Assembly (NCBI GenBank): GCA_902782995.1
Contig: CACZPJ010000094.1
Coordinates: forward strand, 1-56,685
Length of the DNA: 56,685 nt
Source: an uncultured Lachnospiraceae bacterium
Lineage (GTDB): Bacteria > Bacillota > Clostridia > Lachnospirales > Lachnospiraceae
Direction of reading: 5' to 3'
In this document: piece after piece, positions 27,068 to 36,537 of the stretch
Layout of the letters: each line of letters starts with the position of its first letter
How positions within the stretch are numbered: the stretch's first letter is position 1
Program-made: the position numbers and the translations under genes
The notes under the pieces: generated by a model
Told to the model about the DNA's origin: nothing
Seen by the model: only the letters and a program-made list of their open reading frames with translations
Databases searched by the model: none

Positions 27068-29164
27068 CTAATCATTGGCAAGCAGTGGCTCATTCAGCTT
27101 CTCCGTTCCCGGTACAACAAACATACCATCCCGGATCACATCCTCGGTCGTTCCATCGCTTCGGATCACCGTGATACAGTCTAATTCATCATACGGGATC
27201 GTAATATCGGTATGACAGTTAAAATATGCCTTGCCCATATCTTCGCTGCGGAGTGCAGAGATCTCATTTTCCCTTGCAACGATCTCCTTGCCGTCCGGAT
27301 TATAGGTAGAAGTATCCTCTTCATGGGAGTAGCAGGTATCTCCGACTGCAAAGTGCGGTCCGGTCTTTTCTGCGATCAGAATCGGCAGCTTATCTGCGAT
27401 CTGATAATCACGAGCCATCTTATAGGCGGTCGTATTCGTTCCGATCGCGAACTCGCCCATTGGGAGTATCTCATGGAACATCAGCACATTTTCGTATATA
27501 TATTTCTTATTTTCTTCTTCACTGTCAAAGTTCTTACAGGTGTAATCCGTGATCCGACCATCGGTAAAGGTGATCTTAAGATCCACGTACTTCAATTCAT
27601 TCAGGTAGACCTGTGATACATGCAGGACTCCGTTCGTACCCTGTAAAACAGGGGAAGTAAATACTTCACCAACCGGGATATTGACATCTGCCACGCAGTT
27701 TTCAAAGATTGTCTCCTTTGTAGGATCGTTCAGATGATACAGACAGACCGTAAGATCCGTCTCGTTGTCTCCCTTTCCGGTGATATGCACCTTTTCGCCG
27801 GTGTCTAAGACATCGATCAGCTTCTGCTGCATGTCACGATAGAGCATATAGTCTAAGGTATTTAACTCTACCGTTTTGGCAAAGATCTCTTCAAACTGAT
27901 CCCCGATCGACGGAAGTGGGAATGCAATGATCGTGAAGCTGCGTTCCTCTCCCGGAATATATTCATTCGTGATCTGTCCTGCCATCGATGCATAATAGAC
28001 GTTCAGATGATTCTGCTTCTCATCATAATGCAGCACACCCGGTTTATTTTCCGGTTCAAACGGAGCTTCGCCAAACACTTCAATGACCGCAGGTCCGCCA
28101 TGCTTTTTCGCCATCTCCTTATGATGCTCATATGCCATCCGCAGCGTCTCTAAGCGGCGTTCCACGAATGCCTTATCCATATACAATGCCTTATCATCCT
28201 TATGATCATAGTCAAACTGCTTGTTGACCGCACGCGAATAACATCCGCGCTTTGCCTTGCCGCGATTTCGAAAAGAAGTCACTGCATCCCGGTAAATCGT
28301 TGGCTTTAAACCGATTTTTTCAAAGTTTTTTACCGCAGCACGTACCATCCGCTCCATACCGATCGGATATTCCACACAGACCGTTGCCTTTTTCGCAATG
28401 TCCTTCCCGGTTGTTGCAAAACCGATCCGGTATCCTTCCGTATAAGTATCTGCCATCTTCTGTATCTCATCTTCCGGAAGTGTATTCAGATACTGCGCTA
28501 ACCGGATCTCGTCCTCACTGATTGGCTCGCCATAGGCATACAGATAACGGATGTCACTTAAGTCGCTTTGCATTAAGATCGTTGTAAAAAAGTCATTCTC
28601 CGGCTCTACCATTTCCCGCACACTCTGTTCGGAAAACACCTCGCTGTAATCATGGAAAAACCAGTAAATTGCCTGCTGCACCTCACGCGGGGATGTTCCC
28701 ATCTCATCCTCAAAACAGGTATAAACCTGTGAAAAAAGTTCACAGAGGATCGTGTAATTCAACTTTCTTCCCTCATATGCGTAAGAGATCAGCGCGCGCA
28801 GCTCTGCATAGAGCATGCTAAGCATTGAACCATACTCTGTCCCTAATGCCTGCACGGCATATGCCGGATTGGCATAGCTCTTTTTATAATTTTCTACCGT
28901 AATATCTGCATACAGCTTCTGATTCGTATTCTGTAAGTCTTCTAAAGGACTTGCGGTGATCGTATCCGGCTCTAACTTTCCGTCCTGCTTCTGCATCAGT
29001 ACCTGATACGTGTCTAAGATAAACTGTGCTGTCTTTTTAAAATAATCTGCAAACGGTTCTTTTACGGTATGCTCCTCCACAATTCCGTGAATCCGCTCGA
29101 TGACCAGTTCTAACCGTTCTTCTACCTCTTCATTTTCCACTGCAAAAATCTCTTTATAGCTCAT
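27068..29164 (-). CDS. M29 (aminopeptidase T-like) metallopeptidase, long form
   Basis: NIPVGEVFTSP, GEFAIG, EKTGPHFAVG, HTDI. Confidence 0.88.
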   Translation of the reverse strand: MSYKEIFAVENEEVEERLELVIERIHGIVEEHTVKEPFADYFKKTAQFILDTYQVLMQKQDGKLEPDTITASPLEDLQNTNQKLYADITVENYKKSYANPAYAVQALGTEYGSMLSMLYAELRALISYAYEGRKLNYTILCELFSQVYTCFEDEMGTSPREVQQAIYWFFHDYSEVFSEQSVREMVEPENDFFTTILMQSDLSDIRYLYAYGEPISEDEIRLAQYLNTLPEDEIQKMADTYTEGYRIGFATTGKDIAKKATVCVEYPIGMERMVRAAVKNFEKIGLKPTIYRDAVTSFRNRGKAKRGCYSRAVNKQFDYDHKDDKALYMDKAFVERRLETLRMAYEHHKEMAKKHGGPAVIEVFGEAPFEPENKPGVLHYDEKQNHLNVYYASMAGQITNEYIPGEERSFTIIAFPLPSIGDQFEEIFAKTVELNTLDYMLYRDMQQKLIDVLDTGEKVHITGKGDNETDLTVCLYHLNDPTKETIFENCVADVNIPVGEVFTSPVLQGTNGVLHVSQVYLNELKYVDLKITFTDGRITDYTCKNFDSEEENKKYIYENVLMFHEILPMGEFAIGTNTTAYKMARDYQIADKLPILIAEKTGPHFAVGDTCYSHEEDTSTYNPDGKEIVARENEISALRSEDMGKAYFNCHTDITIPYDELDCITVIRSDGTTEDVIRDGMFVVPGTEKLNEPLLAND

Positions 29165-29206
29165 ATTCCTGCCTCTTTCTTTCTGCTGTCTGATCCCGTG
29201 TCGTTC

Positions 29207-29539
29207 CTACAGGATTCCACCCACATAAACTGCAATCCATATTCCAACCGAGACAATGGATAACACAAGTGATGTGTACGGAATCACCCGGAATGTTTCC
29301 GGCTCACGTACACTGCCGACCGCTGTTGCAAGTGCTGCCACCGACATCAGGAATCCAAACACACCGGCACTTCCGATATAGATGCCGGCATTGCCTCTTT
29401 CCAAAAAGGAAAGCCATGCCATCACACCAAATCCTGTAATTGAAAGTATTGCCAGAATCATTGCAAAAATTCCTCTGCCTGAATGTGTTTTCTCTGTAAA
29501 CTTGTAATTATGTCCACCACGATGTTTTTTACGTGTCAT
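29207..29539 (-). CDS. Small 3-TM membrane protein (DUF6142-like)
   Basis: YKFTEKTHS followed by three hydrophobic helices; overlaps the vanZ stop. Confidence 0.75.
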   Translation of the reverse strand: MTRKKHRGGHNYKFTEKTHSGRGIFAMILAILSITGFGVMAWLSFLERGNAGIYIGSAGVFGFLMSVAALATAVGSVREPETFRVIPYTSLVLSIVSVGIWIAVYVGGIL

Positions 29540-30005
29540 TTCTCTTTCTCCTCAGGTGATTGCGGATACAGTCTGCCAGCCAGAAGCAGAAATACCCGAC
29601 CGCGCCACCAATCGTATTTAAAATCAGATCATCTACATCAAAGCTTCCGACCTTTGAAACAAGCTGGATGATCTCCACCAGCAGGCTGAATTCCATACTG
29701 TAAAGCAGCACCCGCCAAAAGTTCCGGCTCCGGTGCGACAATAACGGGATCAGCATTCCATATGGTACAAAAGCGATCACGTTGCCTGCAAGATTAGCAA
29801 ATACCGCAAACGCTCCAAGAGTTCTGCGGTACTTTAAGAATCTTCCAATCTCCTTCAGTGGTACAAGATTATAGTGATAGGTTCTTCCTGTGTAGGTTCT
29901 TCCCGTTACCTCTGCAAAAAACAGGAAATAAGACAGTAGAATCAGATATATTCCAAATAGTACCCACGCAAGAATGCGGAGTACCTTCCGAGTTCTGTTA
30001 TTCAA
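29529..30005 (-). CDS. VanZ family membrane protein
   Basis: YNLVPLKEI, GNVIAFVPYG, EIIQ, FDVDDLILNTIG. Confidence 0.9.
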   Translation of the reverse strand: MNNRTRKVLRILAWVLFGIYLILLSYFLFFAEVTGRTYTGRTYHYNLVPLKEIGRFLKYRRTLGAFAVFANLAGNVIAFVPYGMLIPLLSHRSRNFWRVLLYSMEFSLLVEIIQLVSKVGSFDVDDLILNTIGGAVGYFCFWLADCIRNHLRRKRNDT

Positions 30006-30098
30006 AATTATTCCCCTATCCGTTTCGATAGAAAAGGCGGCATTTCAGCCACCTCCTATCTGATTATATGCACATATCCTGTCCGGACATCCATATAT

Positions 30099-30776
30099 TT
30101 ATTTTGCACCATACTGTTCATAATATTTATCGATCGCTGCCTTGATCTCATCGTTGATCACAACCTTGCCATGACATGGCTTGTTGTACAGGCACTCGGT
30201 TACTTCTGCCATGGATACGATCGCTCTTGCCGGGAATCCGTACTTATCCTGGATCTCATCTAATGCAGTCTTCTCTGTCTCTAAGCCCTTCTCCATACGG
30301 TTTAAGGAAACCATCAGACCTAAGATCTCGACCTTTGCCTGTGCCTGGATGATCGGGAAGGTCTCCGCGATTGATTTTCCGGATGTGGTAACATCCTCGA
30401 TGATCACAACGCGGTCACCATCCTTGATCTTGCTTCCGAGTAAGATTCCGGTGTCGCCATGATCCTTTACTTCCTTACGGTTCGAGCAGTAACGGATCTC
30501 CTTGCCATATAACTTATCAAATGCGATCGTGGTTGCCACACTAAGCGGAATTCCCTTGTATGCCGGTCCGAATAAAACATCGAAGTCTGTTCCGAAGTTA
30601 TCGTGGATCGCCTTTGCGTAATACTCACCTAAACGTGCAAGCTGTGCGCCTGTCACATACGCACCTGCATTCATAAAAAACGGGGACTTTCTGCCACTCT
30701 TAAGGGTAAAGTCACCGAACTTTAATACTTCACTATCTACCATAAACTCAATAAATTCCTGCTTGTAGCTTTCCAT
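30099..30776 (-). CDS. pyrE: Orotate phosphoribosyltransferase
   Basis: FTLKSGRKSP, FGPAYKGIPL, NRKEVKDHG, IIEDVTTSG. Confidence 0.97.
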   Translation of the reverse strand: MESYKQEFIEFMVDSEVLKFGDFTLKSGRKSPFFMNAGAYVTGAQLARLGEYYAKAIHDNFGTDFDVLFGPAYKGIPLSVATTIAFDKLYGKEIRYCSNRKEVKDHGDTGILLGSKIKDGDRVVIIEDVTTSGKSIAETFPIIQAQAKVEILGLMVSLNRMEKGLETEKTALDEIQDKYGFPARAIVSMAEVTECLYNKPCHGKVVINDEIKAAIDKYYEQYGAK

Positions 30777-30931
30777 TTATCAAAAACCTCCTGTGTATGT
30801 ACTTTGTAATTCAATTTCGTTCCTATTCTACCATAAAGATAGGGCGGTTTCAATGTGATTATGCAAGACAATGTATAAAAAGAAATAACATCCAACGGTG
30901 ATGTGGATGCTATCTCAAGAGTAATACTCAA

Positions 30932-33900
30932 TTATTTGTATTCATTTTCTTTCTGTTTCTTTTGCTTAACCACTAAACAAAGCAATCCTGCACCTGAAAT
31001 GCAAAGTACAATAAACCACAAGTCTGCACGACTGGTATCTCCTGTCTGGAGTGTTGCTCCTATCGTTCCTGTACCTGTATGATCCTTCTTATCCTTGTCC
31101 GCTCCGGTTGTACTTCCATTGTTTCCTCCATTTCCACTGACTTGTGCATTCTGTTCCTTTCCATTTTCCGGATTATCTGACGATTTATCTTTCTCTTTCT
31201 TAAAATCATCCGGCTCACTCTTTGCAACCGTAAAGGTTGTACCAGCCGTACCATCTGACCATACCATTTCAAATGTATGCTTACCTTCCGAAAGCGTATC
31301 CAGATAATCTGCCTTTAATGTGATAATGGTAGAACCCTCTTTCACTGTATAATTCTTACGATCAAGAGCTTTACCATCGACCCTGACCCCGACAAACTTC
31401 GCAAAATCTCCATTTCCCCGGATAGAAAGGTTTCCATCGGAATCTTTGATCCACTGACTGTCCGCTCCATCTATGATCTTATAGGATGTCTGCTCCGGTT
31501 CCGGCTTTGTTTCTGGTTCCGGTATCGGATCCGGCTCCGGTGCTGGCTCTGGTTCCGGCTTTGGTTCCGGCGTCGGGTCCGGACTGGTAATCTGTTTAAA
31601 AGCTGCTTCGATCGTATGATCTCCCACTACATTTGTGAATGTATAATCTTTTGCAGGTGCTTCTTCCTTACCATCTACTGTCAGTGCAGCAAGCTCATAT
31701 CCCTCGTCTGCCGTAACAGTAAACGTCTGATTCTCTCCTTCCGTTACGGTTACCGTACCATCCGGTGATATGCTGCCACCTGTTCCTGCCGCTGCCCGGA
31801 TCACATATCTGTTCGCCGGGATGCGGATCGTATAATGAAAAGCTGCTACCGGACTATCTGCCAATCCATCTCTTACTGCGATTGCCTGAATCGTTGTATC
31901 AACGCTTTGACCTGCAATCCCCTCTACGGCAATCGGTTCCGTATACCTGACCGTATTTGCAGCCGGCTTTCCATCTATCACTTCTGGGATTGTGCCGTCC
32001 GTTGTATAGTAAATGACTGCATCCGCTGTCGACGAAGAAAGCGAGATCCGCTGGTTTTCTGCATAGATACCTGCTGCCGGATTCGCAGCCGGAACTCCTG
32101 TGATGTCAGCTGCCTGAACTATGACATTGATCGTAACCTCTAACGGAAGCTGATCTGTATTGGCAACTTCCTCCGGCAAGGTTATGGTGCCTTTTACCGT
32201 AAAGTTCTGTTCTGTCCGGACATCCGGATCATAGCTTCCGCTGACCAGATCCGTAAGATTCCAGTTTACTTCCGCAGTTGTAATATGTTCTGACTCTGTT
32301 TCGATCGTAACCGTCTTTGGCAACCCAAGTGCTTCGGCCGTCCTTTCGGTACCGTTTGCAACACCGGATACCGACTGTGGTGCTGTAACCGCAATGAGCT
32401 TTGCCTGATTCGATGCATAGGAATTCGCAGCTATTAACGTTCCATCTGCATCTAATGCCTTCTCTTCTACACTACCATCATTGATACGTACATCGGTATC
32501 ATACGTCAGATAATATCCCATCTTCGGTGTCAGTATCATGTGTGCCTTATAGCACCATGGATAATAATTGGCATTCCCCCGGATCGGATTGTTCATCGTG
32601 TCTGTCCAGGCTAAGGCTGCATGTGCAATTCCCTTTGTCTGACAGTCTGCCTCGGTACGCAGTGCCTGCTCTCCCTGCGGCAGATAAATGCTGACATCCA
32701 CCTGTGGAATCCTCTGGTTCAGGGTGATCGTGCTTCCCTTCTGGATACCATAATCCTCTAAATCCGCCTGATTGCCCTGTGTATCCGCTTCTGTAAGTAC
32801 CTTGTCTTCAAATACCAGCTGCTGGTCTGCGGCAGCAATCCCTGTCTTGTCCGCAATTTCTTCCTTCAATCCAGTGATACTCTGTGCAGGATCATAGTTT
32901 GCATATGCCTGCTTTTGTGTATCTCCATCATAATATGAGACTGTAAGCATCGGCTTTTCGGTTGCATTTACTGCATAAGCAAGACCATCACTGTCTGTTG
33001 CCTCTAACCAGATTCGGCAGAAGGACAGATCTATTGTTTCAAGACTCACATTAAAATCTGAATGTGGATTTATATTTAATTTCTTTAATAATACAGACTT
33101 CATATCTGAAACTGATATGGTCTCTACCCCATCAATTTTCTTACTGTAGTACCAATCTAATCCACTATCATTCCCCTGTACGACCAAAGAAACTGTACCT
33201 GTTGCAGATGGATCTTTTTTTGCAAAAATCAACCCGGTTTCTTTTTCATAAGCAGCATCTCCGATCTTCTTATCTTTTCCGTCAAAACGTAATGTCATGG
33301 CACGTGATACCCATGGTTTTCTCTCACATTCATCTCCCTGACTATGAGCTCTCACCGCTCTTTCCTTCACAGTATCATCAAACATTTTTCCCGTATCTTC
33401 CTGATCTGTTGAGGCAGCATGTGCCGCGGAGGCAAAGAGGACATTTGACAGACTCAGGTTCGCTGCCGGATAAACATCTCCAGTAGAATTTGGAATCTTC
33501 CCTCCCTCACTATCCTGACCGAGTACATGTATATAATAGCTATTTCCCTTAACAAGAATATCACGCAACCAACACATCCGATCTATTTTCATCTCATAGG
33601 TGTAGTTAGATATAGAAAATTTTATATCATCACTATTTCCAACTTTAACCTTGTCACTATGTGACTTATCTGTTTCATCATCGACTGTTGGCAGATACAG
33701 CTTATCTGTGATACTGTACTCTGCTCCATTTTTCCGGTCAATGGTTTTCACCATCGTAGCATTCATCCGCTTCTGCTCTGCCTTTGAAAAATAACTGTCA
33801 TCTTCTGCCAGTGCTCTCAGGCTTGCACGCAGGCTGCTTGCCCCATAGTGATTTGCATATACTTCTATCGAACCTGCCTTGCTTCCATACCCTGTCCCGG

Positions 33901-34300
33901 CTGGATAACTGTATGTCCGGTTATTCGCATCGTTCTGAAACATCCGATCTGACAGGATCGGAGTTGCCGCAAGAATCGCAATATTATCTCCACTGATGCC
34001 GGAATCTCTTCCGAGAATATACCATTTTTCCGGATCTCCATCTTTATCCTTTCCCCAAAGTACCCAGTCAAGCTTATTCTGATCACCTTTCTGATCCGGT
34101 ATATAGTCATTCATCAACTCGTCCTTTGTTGCATAGGCAGTCACTGTGCCTCTATAGCTGTCTGCCGCCTGTACCTTCACATCCTTTGACAGGATCGGAA
34201 CTGCACCCAGTGTCAGTACAGTCGATAATACAAATGCAATGCCCTGCTTCCATCGTTTTCGATTTTTCATAATCATCCTCTTTTCTCCACGCGTTTTCAT
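30932..34300 (-). CDS. Sortase-anchored surface protein: signal peptide, DUF6273-like, ubiquitin-like, Ig-like, Fn3-associated, repeat domain, Pro-Glu linker, X2-like, LQTG anchor
   Basis: Signal ...VKVQAA; WYILG, DKLYLP, WLR; ubiquitin-like segment; IYYTTDG; GSTIITLKADYL; LQTGD + TM + basic tail; true start probably 34270 or 34276. Confidence 0.88.
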   Translation of the reverse strand: MKTRGEKRMIMKNRKRWKQGIAFVLSTVLTLGAVPILSKDVKVQAADSYRGTVTAYATKDELMNDYIPDQKGDQNKLDWVLWGKDKDGDPEKWYILGRDSGISGDNIAILAATPILSDRMFQNDANNRTYSYPAGTGYGSKAGSIEVYANHYGASSLRASLRALAEDDSYFSKAEQKRMNATMVKTIDRKNGAEYSITDKLYLPTVDDETDKSHSDKVKVGNSDDIKFSISNYTYEMKIDRMCWLRDILVKGNSYYIHVLGQDSEGGKIPNSTGDVYPAANLSLSNVLFASAAHAASTDQEDTGKMFDDTVKERAVRAHSQGDECERKPWVSRAMTLRFDGKDKKIGDAAYEKETGLIFAKKDPSATGTVSLVVQGNDSGLDWYYSKKIDGVETISVSDMKSVLLKKLNINPHSDFNVSLETIDLSFCRIWLEATDSDGLAYAVNATEKPMLTVSYYDGDTQKQAYANYDPAQSITGLKEEIADKTGIAAADQQLVFEDKVLTEADTQGNQADLEDYGIQKGSTITLNQRIPQVDVSIYLPQGEQALRTEADCQTKGIAHAALAWTDTMNNPIRGNANYYPWCYKAHMILTPKMGYYLTYDTDVRINDGSVEEKALDADGTLIAANSYASNQAKLIAVTAPQSVSGVANGTERTAEALGLPKTVTIETESEHITTAEVNWNLTDLVSGSYDPDVRTEQNFTVKGTITLPEEVANTDQLPLEVTINVIVQAADITGVPAANPAAGIYAENQRISLSSSTADAVIYYTTDGTIPEVIDGKPAANTVRYTEPIAVEGIAGQSVDTTIQAIAVRDGLADSPVAAFHYTIRIPANRYVIRAAAGTGGSISPDGTVTVTEGENQTFTVTADEGYELAALTVDGKEEAPAKDYTFTNVVGDHTIEAAFKQITSPDPTPEPKPEPEPAPEPDPIPEPETKPEPEQTSYKIIDGADSQWIKDSDGNLSIRGNGDFAKFVGVRVDGKALDRKNYTVKEGSTIITLKADYLDTLSEGKHTFEMVWSDGTAGTTFTVAKSEPDDFKKEKDKSSDNPENGKEQNAQVSGNGGNNGSTTGADKDKKDHTGTGTIGATLQTGDTSRADLWFIVLCISGAGLLCLVVKQKKQKENEYK
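31495..31585 (-). repeat. Pro-Glu low-complexity linker
   Basis: PDPTPEPKPEPEPAPEPDPIPEPETKPEPE. Confidence 0.85.
32711..32950 (-). other. Eukaryote-like ubiquitin domain inside the surface protein
   Basis: YDPAQSITGLKEEIADKTGIAAADQQLVFEDKVL...LEDYGIQKGSTITL versus ubiquitin [34 protein letters not shown]...LSDYNIQKESTLHL. Confidence 0.88.
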
Positions 34301-34302
34301 AC

Positions 34303-34342
34303 AAAAAATGCCTCTTTACAGAGCATTCCTGTAAAAAGGCAT
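34303..34342 (-). terminator. Terminator after the ATPase-nuclease pair
   Basis: ATGCCTCTTTACAG/CTGTAAAAAGGCAT stem followed by a T-tract on the minus strand. Confidence 0.65.
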
Positions 34343-34412
34343 CTTACTCTTCACAAGTAAGTTTAGCAGATTGTGATATGCTTGTCACTGGTTCTTCTGA
34401 TACATGATTCAA

Positions 34413-34841
34413 TTAATCTAAAGTCTCCGACAAACAACCCTCTTTCAACTCCAATCGTCCTGCACACTTTTCTTTGAACTTTCGAAATTTCGAGCTTTGA
34501 ATCTTATGTGTTCTTGCCTTACTACAGACAATCCGATAAAAGAAACTATACTCTTTTAATTCCGGTCTGCACTTTTGTTCTCCGGCTTCTAATTGTCCGA
34601 TAGCTTCATCTATATTTCCACCTTTTAATTCAATCAAATAGGCTTTTTTTCTACTATCATTAATCAGTATATAATCGCAGCATTTCTCTTGCTGAATCAA
34701 TCCACCATCAAGTCTATAATGTCTTAAATCAAATTGCCTCTTCGGATTAGTCGCCCGATGCTCCACCTGTGCACCTTTATCCCTCGAAACGACGATAGCC
34801 TGATTTTTTTCACACAAAGATTTTTCCCGGCTAAGAAGCAT
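34413..34841 (-). CDS. Putative PD-(D/E)xK nuclease-like protein
   Basis: CDYILI...LIELKG...A..QL motif; 1 nt downstream of the ATPase stop. Confidence 0.65.
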   Translation of the reverse strand: MLLSREKSLCEKNQAIVVSRDKGAQVEHRATNPKRQFDLRHYRLDGGLIQQEKCCDYILINDSRKKAYLIELKGGNIDEAIGQLEAGEQKCRPELKEYSFFYRIVCSKARTHKIQSSKFRKFKEKCAGRLELKEGCLSETLD

Positions 34842-34842
34842 C

Positions 34843-36144
34843 CTACTTCACCTCCGCTCCGGCACTATAGTATAAATCGACCATTTTCTCATAATCTGTA
34901 TTGATTGTCTCCGATGCGCCATCAATAATATCATTATTGATAGCTTCAAATTCATCATCCGTACACGAATCCATTTTACCATCCTGTACATAATATGCAG
35001 ACATCTTTTGGAAATCTAGCCATTTTAAAGGATCAATCACTTTACCAAGCTCAGTAAGATCCACTTTTTTTGAAATCCGATTTGCATACAACATATTATT
35101 AATTGTTCCTAAAATATATGGACTATGTGTTGTCAGAAGTATTTTATTGCCGTTGTTCTTAGCCAGCGAAATAAATTCTGTAATCAATTTCTGGGCATTT
35201 GGAAACAGATGTGATTCCGGTTCCTCAATAATAAAATATGATTTTTTATTATTGAGCAAATAGTAAAAGACTACGTTTAAAATCCATACTGCTTCCTGTT
35301 GACCGGAAGAAGCAAAATTGATCTTGACATACCGCTCTTTACCAACCTGCAATCTCTCTTCTCCATCAATATTTCTATATTCACCATGTAAAATCTGTTT
35401 CATTAGTTCAGCACTTTGTTGCAGACATTCTTTATCTATTTTTATATCCGTTAATTCAATCTTATTTTTTATCAGCTCCTGTAGGCTATTGGAAAAAGAA
35501 GGCTTTAATTGCATGATTCGTTCAAGATAGTTTTGTGTACAATAATCCAGACTCCTTTTTTGATCATCATTCATCACACTATACATAAACATTAGTTGGG
35601 AACTGAATAATGTCATCATACTTCTGCCAGCCGGAATATAAATAACTTCTTCACAATTTCCAAAAAACTCATCAATACTTTTCTTTAAATCTCCATTATT
35701 ACATATGTGAGATAATTCTCTCAATTGTAAATCATCATATTTATCAAGGAATTCCCTCAGTTCTTCACTAAATTCAATCCAAATATAATTCGGAGCAATC
35801 GGATCATTTTTTAAACAGATTTTTATATAGATTGAAGTCGTATAATAATATTCCACTGACATATGTTTATCCATACACCATGTAGAGCCAAATGTTTGTA
35901 AAAAGATAGAACGAATTTCCTTTATCAAGCGGTTTTTTGTAGATAATTCCAATGTATCCCCTTCACTAAAAAAACGCTTGTTCACCTGCATGGATATAAG
36001 ATTTTTCATATTCTTAAAGAAAAAAATACTTTTTGCAATTGTGCTTTTTCCGGATGCCTGTGGTCCTGTAAAAACCATAAAATCATTAATTTCCAGGCTG
36101 CAATAATCTATTGGACCCAATTTATTTATTACTATTTTTTCCAT
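34843..36144 (-). CDS. ABC-like AAA ATPase (AAA_15/AAA_21)
   Basis: NKLGPI, GPQASGKST, YIPAGRS, ASSGQQE, IIEEPESHLFP, LTTHSPY. Confidence 0.9.
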   Translation of the reverse strand: MEKIVINKLGPIDYCSLEINDFMVFTGPQASGKSTIAKSIFFFKNMKNLISMQVNKRFFSEGDTLELSTKNRLIKEIRSIFLQTFGSTWCMDKHMSVEYYYTTSIYIKICLKNDPIAPNYIWIEFSEELREFLDKYDDLQLRELSHICNNGDLKKSIDEFFGNCEEVIYIPAGRSMMTLFSSQLMFMYSVMNDDQKRSLDYCTQNYLERIMQLKPSFSNSLQELIKNKIELTDIKIDKECLQQSAELMKQILHGEYRNIDGEERLQVGKERYVKINFASSGQQEAVWILNVVFYYLLNNKKSYFIIEEPESHLFPNAQKLITEFISLAKNNGNKILLTTHSPYILGTINNMLYANRISKKVDLTELGKVIDPLKWLDFQKMSAYYVQDGKMDSCTDDEFEAINNDIIDGASETINTDYEKMVDLYYSAGAEVK

Positions 36145-36318
36145 AGTTCAACACCTCCAACACCTTGTTGTCTATTTCGTTCTATATTGAACCATTCTCT
36201 TTGCCATTTTATCATTGATATATTGGCAAATCAACACTGTTTTCTCTTGCACTCTGATCTCATATATACTATAGTGTAGACAATCTTTTTTACATATACT
36301 TTCATAGGGAGGGATTTT

Positions 36319-36537
36319 ATGATCACGATCATAGTTTGTCTTTTTATATTAACTCTGCTGCTCGGGCTGGCATTCAAGCTGACCGGGGCATTATTAAAAG
36401 CCTGTCTGTGGCTGTTTGTCTTTGTGCCGGTCGGGCTCTTTCTTGCCTGCCTTGGCATCATCTGCTGCTGTACGCTCATTCTGATCCCGGTTGGCATCTC
36501 ACTTCTTAAGACCTGTATGCGTGTGATCATTCCTTAA
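36319..36537 (+). CDS. Small hydrophobic membrane protein
   Basis: RBS GGAGGG; almost entirely hydrophobic 72 aa. Confidence 0.65.
   Translation: MITIIVCLFILTLLLGLAFKLTGALLKACLWLFVFVPVGLFLACLGIICCCTLILIPVGISLLKTCMRVIIP

Noticed and set aside
29529-30005. VanZ as a glycopeptide resistance locus
   Set aside because: No other van genes; housekeeping context between pyrE and the aminopeptidase
32711-36144. Bacterial ubiquitin-conjugation defence system (Bil/Bub/CBASS-like)
   Set aside because: The Ub domain is internal to an exported protein and lacks a terminal Gly; no E1, E2 or JAB genes; adjacency to the ATPase pair is probably coincidental
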